Positions 51,760 to 58,332 of a stretch of DNA of 58,332 bases are shown here, one piece after another; the stretch's first letter is position 1; each line of letters begins with the position of its first letter. Position numbers and translations under genes: made by a program. The notes beneath the pieces are model-generated. The model had not been told where the DNA came from, did not search any database, and worked only from the letters and a program-made list of their open reading frames with translations. Source of the DNA: a virus (taxonomy: Duplodnaviria; Caudoviricetes); the IMG/VR virus record IMGVR_UViG_3300037692_000546, positions 1-58,332 of that record. One strand, 5' to 3'.

Positions 51760-52623
51760 TTAAAAAGGGGAAGCAGGTAGATGCGGCAAGATGAACTCTT
51801 TAGCAGTGGTGTCTTTGAATCGGCCGGACTTGCGATCGTAGTCGAGCACCCGGGCGCCTAAGGTGCCAAGCCATTTAAGCTTCACCTTGGCTACTTCGAT
51901 TTCGATTTGATTTTTGCCGCGGTCGTCGCGATGGGCGAGAAAGGCGTAGTCGACCTTATTCCACCACATCGATCCGCCCGAGATGTCCGAGACGGTGCAG
52001 CGTGGCTGTTTACCATCGCGATCGCGGTTGATGGTCTTCGGGTGAGCGACGATGACGACAAACAAATGGTGCCGACGAGCGAAGTAGGAGATGTGGGTGA
52101 GAATTTCAGCGAGATATTCGTCTTCACGTTGATGAACGTTTTTCTGGTGCTTGACCCCGTTCCAAGGATCAATTACCAGACAGTCAAGTCCAACGATCTG
52201 TTTGCGCAACAGGGCGAATTCAAGAATCTGCTCGACAGTCGGCAATTCCTTGTTGATATCGATCCAGGCGAAATGAAAATTAAGGGTTTTCAGTACCTCG
52301 TTTACTTCGTCTTCAGAGAAAGTTTTGACCCATTTCCCCAACAGTTTTTCTGCCAGCTTGGCGATATGCTCCTGGATTGGATAGTTTTCTGGCGAGAAAT
52401 ACAGGGTTTTCCAACCATGCAATACGGTGCAGTTTATCAATACTGCATCGACCCATTCCGACTTTCCACTGCCTGGAAAGCCCGTAACCACGGCCATGTA
52501 ACCCTTGGCTAGTTTGATAATTTCGTCGAAGGAATCGAAGCCGGTGGAGAAGGTTTTACGAAAGGAACTGGCGGTGCGCAGTTGTCGGAATTCATCCTGC
52601 AAATCGAGAGCGGAAATAACCAT
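51760..52623 (-). CDS. SF4 (DnaB/T7 gp4-like) replicative helicase
   Basis: Walker A TGFPGSGKS, YFSPE, Walker B LVIDP, VAHP, DISG, K.K. Confidence 0.9.
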   Translation of the reverse strand: MVISALDLQDEFRQLRTASSFRKTFSTGFDSFDEIIKLAKGYMAVVTGFPGSGKSEWVDAVLINCTVLHGWKTLYFSPENYPIQEHIAKLAEKLLGKWVKTFSEDEVNEVLKTLNFHFAWIDINKELPTVEQILEFALLRKQIVGLDCLVIDPWNGVKHQKNVHQREDEYLAEILTHISYFARRHHLFVVIVAHPKTINRDRDGKQPRCTVSDISGGSMWWNKVDYAFLAHRDDRGKNQIEIEVAKVKLKWLGTLGARVLDYDRKSGRFKDTTAKEFILPHLPASPF

Positions 52624-52685
52624 AAAACCTCCTGGATAACAATATGAAGTCAAGGCACCCTAGCAGAACCGAAGTGCCTTGACAA

Positions 52686-53138
52686 TCATTCAAAATTGTC
52701 CCAATCCATCGGCTTGGCGGTTGGCATTTCATCTGGGGAATCGTCGTCGAAGCGGCGCTGGTTAAGATAGGTCGTGGGTAGCGGGATGAAACCGTCCAGC
52801 CACGATCGCGAATTTTTCTGCCAATTCAAAGCCGTAAGACAGAGTTTTAACAACTGCATTTCGTCCATCTTCAGCTTGACCCAGGCCTGATAAGCGGCGC
52901 CTTTTGCCGTCCGTCTTCCGGAAGGATACGCTTTCCAGAACTGTTCGAATAAAGGCGAATAGCCGACGTGTTTGACACCCTTTGGTTTTTGTGTTCCGAC
53001 GATCCAGGCAAAGGCCGTTAGACCCTCGCCAGAGCGCATGGCCAGCAAGGCCGAGGTAAGGTATAGGTCGAGCGCTTCGTAGTCGTCCAGAGCGTCTACA
53101 GCCTCTTTCAGGGCATCGGGATCGATGATGTAGTGCAT
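52686..53138 (-). CDS. phage replication initiator-like protein (C-terminal domain type)
   Basis: FEQFWKAYP...K..A..AW...FIP.P.TYLNQRRF.D; upstream of the helicase. Confidence 0.7.
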   Translation of the reverse strand: MHYIIDPDALKEAVDALDDYEALDLYLTSALLAMRSGEGLTAFAWIVGTQKPKGVKHVGYSPLFEQFWKAYPSGRRTAKGAAYQAWVKLKMDEMQLLKLCLTALNWQKNSRSWLDGFIPLPTTYLNQRRFDDDSPDEMPTAKPMDWDNFE

Positions 53139-53140
53139 AA

Positions 53141-53401
53141 CTATTCCTCGCTGTTAAAGTTGATCCCGCCATTAATGTCGTGCGGTAATTCGTCATTCAG
53201 CAAATCTTGCACCCCGGCCTGCAATAGCGCCCAGCGGATCTGTTCCAAATGTTTGCGGCGCGATACCTTCGGTCCGCCGACATAGCCGAGCAGGTCAGCC
53301 AAGGTCTGTGCTTCAGCTTCACTGAGTTCTAGTAGATAACTTCGCTTTTCCACCCCGATAGTTTTTGTAACTAATTTTATTTCGATATGTGCCTTAGCCA
53401 T
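53141..53401 (-). CDS. hypothetical protein
   Basis: Start at ATG 53401 after AAGGAG. Confidence 0.5.
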   Translation of the reverse strand: MAKAHIEIKLVTKTIGVEKRSYLLELSEAEAQTLADLLGYVGGPKVSRRKHLEQIRWALLQAGVQDLLNDELPHDINGGINFNSEE

Positions 53402-53699
53402 TATTTGCTCCTTCCAGCAGTTGTTGGGCGGCTTCCTTGAGAATACAGATATTGGCCGATAACGACCAGGTCTCGCCGTTGTCGCGCAGTTTATAGCCAA
53501 GCACATAACTGCGGGTGGTACTGGCAAGGCAGTCCCAGCGAATCAGACCGGTGTCATTGAAATGTTCGTCGGTGCTGGCCTGCAGAGTCTTCAAGCCGAT
53601 CCGTTCCTTAACCAGCTTGCGGGTTTGCGAATTGACATATTGTGCCCAGTATTCGCGATGGCGGTTCTCCGAGTCTTGCAGGTATTCCTGTCGGGTCAT
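53394..53699 (-). CDS. conserved hypothetical phage protein
   Basis: TR.EY...H..Y.AQ.V...S.D.HFND..L..WD...C.LKEAA. Confidence 0.6.
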   Translation of the reverse strand: MTRQEYLQDSENRHREYWAQYVNSQTRKLVKERIGLKTLQASTDEHFNDTGLIRWDCLASTTRSYVLGYKLRDNGETWSLSANICILKEAAQQLLEGANNG

Positions 53700-53878
53700 A
53701 CTTTCCTCCTTGGGCTGAGCAGTTGATTGACCAATTGATAAACGTTGGTGTATTCCTGGCCGCAATCGAGGCAGGTCATGAGCTGACTGACGGTCGTTTC
53801 CTCGTAGCTTTGCGGGAAAGTTTCATCCATTTTATCGACGTCACCAGATTGACAGCGCGGGCAGAGGTAGGGTTGCAT
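53696..53878 (-). CDS. small zinc-ribbon protein
   Basis: CPRC...CLDC. Confidence 0.55.
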   Translation of the reverse strand: MQPYLCPRCQSGDVDKMDETFPQSYEETTVSQLMTCLDCGQEYTNVYQLVNQLLSPRRKV

Positions 53879-53900
53879 GTTATTCTCCTTCAGGTTAACT

Positions 53901-54230
53901 CTACAGAGCCACCCACCAGCCAGCGTCGACCTTTTCCATGACCAGGTCGATCAGTCGGTCGGGAAGTTCGGCATGCAGTCGAGCGATAACCGTGCAGCCG
54001 GCGTAGGGCCCGCCGAAATCATCCAATGGTTCGAATCCGGTGTAGTCGCCGCCAAGAATCCCTTCGTAGTAAAACTCTCCGTCGTCGTCATATATCCGGA
54101 AGCGGGTCTGATTTATATCTAACAGATCCAGATCGGCATTATGTGGGCCTACAGTACCGAGCTCGTCATGTAGGTCTTCACACAACTCTTCGGACACTTT
54201 GGTGATTTTCCAGGCGTATTTTGCAAGCAT
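53901..54230 (-). CDS. conserved hypothetical phage protein
   Basis: FR.YDDDGE.YYEG...FEPLDDFG...AGCT.I. Confidence 0.65.
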   Translation of the reverse strand: MLAKYAWKITKVSEELCEDLHDELGTVGPHNADLDLLDINQTRFRIYDDDGEFYYEGILGGDYTGFEPLDDFGGPYAGCTVIARLHAELPDRLIDLVMEKVDAGWWVAL

Positions 54231-54232
54231 GG

Positions 54233-54532
54233 TCAGGATCCTTTCGCTTTAGCGATGGCGTCTCGGTTAGCGTTCAAGGTGGCGTTCAAAAAACCAATAT
54301 CAACCACCAGATGCTTGACCCCTGGCAGCAGCAGCGTCAGCAGTTTATCCGCATTCTCGAGCGCCTGCAGAAGTTCGGGCGCGGCGGCAATCAGGTGGGC
54401 GTTCGGATCAACCGCGAACCCCATCCCGGTCGTCGCCACTTTTGCTATGTGGATGTGAGGCCGCTTCTCTGTGACGATTATCTCGGGATCAAACTGACTT
54501 CTCTTCCACGGTCCAGGTGTGTGTTTACTCAT
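54233..54532 (-). CDS. conserved phage protein (HTPGPW...LIAAAPELL family)
   Basis: Motif match. Confidence 0.7.
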   Translation of the reverse strand: MSKHTPGPWKRSQFDPEIIVTEKRPHIHIAKVATTGMGFAVDPNAHLIAAAPELLQALENADKLLTLLLPGVKHLVVDIGFLNATLNANRDAIAKAKGS

Positions 54533-54535
54533 GGG

Positions 54536-54760
54536 TTAGGATCCTTTCGCTTTAGCGATTGCGGCGTGGGCGGCATCAAGAGTGTCCACCACGTCGTTGT
54601 GGTTGATTCCAAATACGTCGCCTTCGTAGCCAAAGGCCATATCCAGATATTTGGCGCACTCTTGAAGCGCTGCCACTAGATCTACGATCAGGTCGTCGCA
54701 GACGCAGGGCTCGCTATCCTGCCCCCATTTGTTGCAGCGGTTACAAAGTCTCTGTTGCAT
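54536..54760 (-). CDS. hypothetical protein
   Basis: Shares the AIAKAKGS end with its neighbour. Confidence 0.55.
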   Translation of the reverse strand: MQQRLCNRCNKWGQDSEPCVCDDLIVDLVAALQECAKYLDMAFGYEGDVFGINHNDVVDTLDAAHAAIAKAKGS

Positions 54761-54831
54761 ACGTTCTCCTTTTGGTTATGGGTTGATCCTTCCAGCGATC
54801 CCGCCTGTTACCAGGCGAGATCTAGCAAGTA

Positions 54832-55656
54832 TCAAGCGGCTAGTTCCAACATCTTCTGTCCTAAAATCCACAACGCTTTATTCAGGCGTACGTCTTCGGT
54901 GATCGACTGCACCTGGCGGGTTTTGATCCGCCGCTGTTTGCCGACTTCATTGACGCTGATGCCGCGCTGCCCGCCCTTTAGTAGATTCTCCTGCAACACG
55001 TTAAACGTTTTCCATAAGGTCGGATCGGTATCGTCGAGGCGGCGGGCGCGAAGTAGTTGCTGCGGAGTAATCGGGGCAGGTTTGTCATCTTCGTCCCAGC
55101 GCAGCGTCAGGGCCGCCTCAGCGAAGATCTTTTGCTGGTAAGGGGTCATCCTGACCCCGTCCATCTCCTTGACCATCTCGATCACTTGAGGCACGTCCTG
55201 AGCGATCTGAAAGGTGGCGTTCAACACTTCGTCAATGATCGCGCCTTTGTGATGAATGCGATAGCCAGCCAAAGACGAACCGTTCGGCACGATCATACCG
55301 TTGGCGCAAGCCAGGCGGAACAAACCGGCATCGAGCTGATAGGAACTGCCGGCGTCGTGCGAATTGATCAGCGAAATTTCCGGAAAGGTATCGCCGACCA
55401 CCGGGGCAATTTCCATGTTCCTGAAACGCACTTCATGCCGGGTGAAGCCACGCTTTTCTTCGATACGGGTGCGCGACTGACGAGCAAACACTGGCATCCA
55501 GCCTTCACCGCGCATTGCTTTGACCAGATCGATGGTGGGCAGGAAGGTGTAGCGGTCGGAGGTGGTGGTAGCGGCTTGTTCGGCAAAGACCGAAGGGGCC
55601 ATGTGCAGGATCTGGGTGTTGTTCAGCGGTTCGCGAGTCGTGGACGTGAATCTCAT
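54832..55656 (-). CDS. DUF932/DUF945 family protein
   Basis: APSVFA......SDRY.F.PT, EG..P..A.QSR.R, INSHD..SSYQ..AG.FR..C.NG, LW..FN..QEN..KGG. Confidence 0.9.
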   Translation of the reverse strand: MRFTSTTREPLNNTQILHMAPSVFAEQAATTTSDRYTFLPTIDLVKAMRGEGWMPVFARQSRTRIEEKRGFTRHEVRFRNMEIAPVVGDTFPEISLINSHDAGSSYQLDAGLFRLACANGMIVPNGSSLAGYRIHHKGAIIDEVLNATFQIAQDVPQVIEMVKEMDGVRMTPYQQKIFAEAALTLRWDEDDKPAPITPQQLLRARRLDDTDPTLWKTFNVLQENLLKGGQRGISVNEVGKQRRIKTRQVQSITEDVRLNKALWILGQKMLELAA

Positions 55657-55716
55657 AGGAATTCTCCTTTGAAAGAGGCACTGGTTTGTGCCGAGTTAGT
55701 TTGTCAGGTGGGCCTT

Positions 55717-55881
55717 TTAAACCTCTTTGCAGTATTTTAAAGGTTTCCAGCGCGGAGATGTTACGGTTCCGCATGTATACGATGTCGGTAGTTCGTAACC
55801 GTATGCAGTGAAATTTGTTGGGTATTTCTGAGGAGCACCGCAAAATGGACATTTTTTATTCAGGTTTTTATTTGCCTTCAT
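55717..55881 (-). CDS. small Cys-containing protein
   Basis: CPFCG...CG...C; RBS GGAGG. Confidence 0.45.
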   Translation of the reverse strand: MKANKNLNKKCPFCGAPQKYPTNFTAYGYELPTSYTCGTVTSPRWKPLKYCKEV

Positions 55882-56467
55882 TTTGTTCCTCCATCTGTTC
55901 TTTAAGGGTTTGTTCCGCATACGAATAGCCGTAATAGCCCCAGCATTCGTTGTCGCGACTGGTCAGTTCCCACTCTTCACCCGCCCGCCGGTATTCCCAG
56001 ACACAGACCCCGAAAACCTCACCTTGGCACCATGTGGAATACTCTTCGAGTACGCCTTTGGCATAATTGGCCGGATCGGTCACGTCTTTAGGCGCGATGT
56101 AATAGCCGTCCACAAGATCCGACAGCCAGCCGGCGCGGTGCTCTACAATTAGTCTGTCTGCTTTATAGCTATTGCCAATCTTTTCGATTGCTACAACCCG
56201 CCCGGGATTATCCAGAACGATTTGCACAAACTCGTCCATGTTCGGCTTTTCAATGAAGTGAGCGTACCGCGAGTTGAATTGATAGAACTCTCCCTCGTCA
56301 AACTCCTCAAACGGATCTGGCGAGCTTTCGTCACAGACCAGCACACCGAGACGGGCGGTCTCGCCGTTTATCTGCAGAACCTCCGAGCCTTCGATGTATT
56401 CGAAGGGGATCGGAAAGATGTGGCCGTCCAGTTCGGTGGTGTAGGTGGTGCGGGACTTGATGCTCAT
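55868..56467 (-). CDS. conserved hypothetical phage protein
   Basis: Y..W..GEVFG...CWGYYG motif. Confidence 0.6.
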   Translation of the reverse strand: MSIKSRTTYTTELDGHIFPIPFEYIEGSEVLQINGETARLGVLVCDESSPDPFEEFDEGEFYQFNSRYAHFIEKPNMDEFVQIVLDNPGRVVAIEKIGNSYKADRLIVEHRAGWLSDLVDGYYIAPKDVTDPANYAKGVLEEYSTWCQGEVFGVCVWEYRRAGEEWELTSRDNECWGYYGYSYAEQTLKEQMEEQNEGK

Positions 56468-56670
56468 ATTGCCTCCTTGTTTTTTTCAATAACCGCCAAT
56501 CGTTCCTGAAGCGCTAGAATTTCCACTGCTAAGGCGTCTCGACCATAAAAACAGTTGTCGCAGAAGCAGTCTTTTCTTGGCTCCGGGCGGGTTTCGTCCT
56601 TGTCGTACCAGACGTCGTCGTAATAGGGACTGCGCGGGTCTTTGGTGCAAAGAAATTCCAATACATTCAT
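56464..56670 (-). CDS. hypothetical phage protein
   Basis: LC..DPRSP...C.CDNCFYGR. Confidence 0.55.
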   Translation of the reverse strand: MNVLEFLCTKDPRSPYYDDVWYDKDETRPEPRKDCFCDNCFYGRDALAVEILALQERLAVIEKNKEAI

Positions 56671-57051
56671 TCATACCTCCTCGCAAGAAATGAGTTCGTT
56701 AAGCAACGCGCCCAAGAATTTCTCAAGTTTGATGTTCTGCTGTTTGACTGCGTTAAAGGTTCGTTCAGCAGAGCGGCTGTCGTTGTCGTAGCCCATCTCA
56801 TTACAGAATGATTCGAAGTCTTCGTTTTCGATTTGGTAGTCGCAAGCCAGGCAGCAAAACACTTCATCTACCGTCGGCGGTTGACCATTGTGTCCGTACC
56901 CTTTCGAGAAAATTAGAGTCATACGGCGTCGGCTATGCTTCAGCGTTACCTTATAGTGATCACCATTGAAGTTTGTCATAGAGGAATTTTTATTGGTCCG
57001 TTCGGCGGTTAAGGTAAGGTTGTACTTAGCAGTGAATTCTTGGTATGTCAT
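56671..57051 (-). CDS. conserved hypothetical phage protein
   Basis: FS.G.G...P...V..CL..D...FE.FC.E.GYD.DSR.A. Confidence 0.65.
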   Translation of the reverse strand: MTYQEFTAKYNLTLTAERTNKNSSMTNFNGDHYKVTLKHSRRRMTLIFSKGYGHNGQPPTVDEVFCCLACDYQIENEDFESFCNEMGYDNDSRSAERTFNAVKQQNIKLEKFLGALLNELISCEEV

Positions 57052-57129
57052 GTTGTGCCTCCTTGTGGGGGTTGATCACTCTGGCAGAAGCCCGTTGTTA
57101 AACGGACTTCCACACAATGATGAACGGTT

Positions 57130-57309
57130 TTAAAGTGGCAGTTTTTGGGCCATTCTTTTGGCGGCCTCGACCTGGTAACAATCCGGGCAGTAACTGTCCT
57201 TGATGGGGTTGTCCGGCCCGCCAAGCCGCTTGCCCTGCGCATCAATCCGATTGAGCGACGGCATTTCCCATAGGGTATAATCTTCGCAGCGGCATCGTGC
57301 ACACTTCAT
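57130..57309 (-). CDS. small zinc-finger protein
   Basis: CARC...YCPDC. Confidence 0.5.
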   Translation of the reverse strand: MKCARCRCEDYTLWEMPSLNRIDAQGKRLGGPDNPIKDSYCPDCYQVEAAKRMAQKLPL

Positions 57310-57830
57310 GGCGTTATCCTTTTCCAAAACAGCAGATAGGGGTCCTTCGGTTCGGCAGTCTTTGAATAGTAGATACCCGCCCCTTCCCTGAAGTGATACT
57401 GATCGCCTTCGAAGGAAACGATAATAATCTGGCGGTTACCCTTCTTCAGCCGATCGCCTGTTTGCCAGCGATCCCTGAAGACGGCTCGGTGCAGGGGGGC
57501 GGGCCGACCCTTGGCTTTGGCTTCAGCAAGCTCTTCTTCGCTAGGCGGCAGGATTTCCACCCCTTCTTCCATCATCTGTTTCAGGCGGGCGTCATGTTCG
57601 GCGTCGAAAAACCTGGCGCCTAAGTCGGTGATATCGAACTGCCCACAGAGCGGATAAAGCTCAAACAGTTTAATCATCGCGTCTTCGACCTTACCGAGTT
57701 CCCGATAACGCTTGGTATGTTTGGCCGGCTCCATCTCCTTTAGGTGGATCAGGATGCCGGCCGCCGAGGCGAGTAACAGGCCCGCCTTGAGCTGTTTGAG
57801 AACTTCCTCGTCAATCATGACGTCTTGCAT
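57306..57830 (-). CDS. hypothetical protein
   Basis: RBS AAGGAG. Confidence 0.55.
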   Translation of the reverse strand: MQDVMIDEEVLKQLKAGLLLASAAGILIHLKEMEPAKHTKRYRELGKVEDAMIKLFELYPLCGQFDITDLGARFFDAEHDARLKQMMEEGVEILPPSEEELAEAKAKGRPAPLHRAVFRDRWQTGDRLKKGNRQIIIVSFEGDQYHFREGAGIYYSKTAEPKDPYLLFWKRITP

Positions 57831-58025
57831 ATTTCTCCTTGGCGTTTGAGGTTGAGAGGATGGGCGGGCGGCAGGATCTGAATGGTGGTGCAGCTTTCCT
57901 GTTTATTGATCCGTCGGTAGAGAGCGGCGAGATATTTCAAATAGCCTCCAGGTGAACGACAATGCCCGCCAGGACGTTATAAAGTCACAGGCGGGCATCT
58001 GGTTCAGTAAACGAGAAAGAGTTGC

Positions 58026-58332
58026 TTAAAATGGAATTCCTGCATCGTCCTGCGGTTCTTCCGATTTCTCGCCGATCTTTACCCCAGGCTTCTCCAGTGC
58101 TTCGAACGATTCTTCCACCAGTTTCCTGACCCACGGCCATAACTTACTCATCAGCTCTTCGTTAAAGCGGTCGTCGATACCAAAGTCGACCAGTTCGTTG
58201 ACTCGCGGCTCCAAAGTCATGCTTTTCGGCATCGGCATGATCGACAGGACGTTGTTATATTCCTTACTCGGATCCTTTTTGCCTTTCTGTTTCGAGACGT
58301 TGACCATGCAAGGGGCGTCGAGAATTTTGCTG
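58026..58332 (-). CDS. 3' part of the SSB-like/NGO0469-like protein
   Basis: Open from the window end: SKILDAPCMVNVS...LWPWV...acidic tail DDAGIPF. Confidence 0.75.
   Translation of the reverse strand, partial: SKILDAPCMVNVSKQKGKKDPSKEYNNVLSIMPMPKSMTLEPRVNELVDFGIDDRFNEELMSKLWPWVRKLVEESFEALEKPGVKIGEKSEEPQDDAGIPF

Noticed and set aside
57953-58006. Long hairpin downstream of the SSB-like gene as a novel ncRNA
   Set aside because: A single stem-loop with no promoter evidence; most simply an mRNA stability or processing hairpin.

Overview
The window is an essentially complete ~58.3 kb tailed dsDNA phage genome opened inside one gene. An SSB-like gene runs off position 1 and resumes at 58332, with a few bases missing at the junction. 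A + strand late block (8887-41172) holds P22-like small and large terminases, portal, scaffold, major capsid, podovirus-type adaptor/nozzle genes, cysteine-free ejection proteins, tail-fibre genes and a GH108 lysis module. The ejection proteins include a 3171-aa polyvalent protein with NADAR-like, HExxH and LPD38-like regions. Everything else is a - strand early/middle region of dozens of small genes: initiator-like protein, SF4 helicase, CHC2 zinc finger, RusA, PD-(D/E)xK nuclease, MazG-like proteins, DUF932, DUF6876, a stand-alone NrdD glycyl-radical peptide and a PolA-thumb-like fragment. No integrase, CI repressor, tRNA, reverse transcriptase or CRISPR array was recognised. The main discovery is an integron-type array of six gene cassettes (42744-44439) embedded in the phage early operon, with no integron integrase. 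Each cassette's two core sites are mutually complementary, all ORFs are inverted relative to their attC sites, and two attC loops supply the RBS and start codon for their gene. All family assignments come from visual motif recognition, not database searches.
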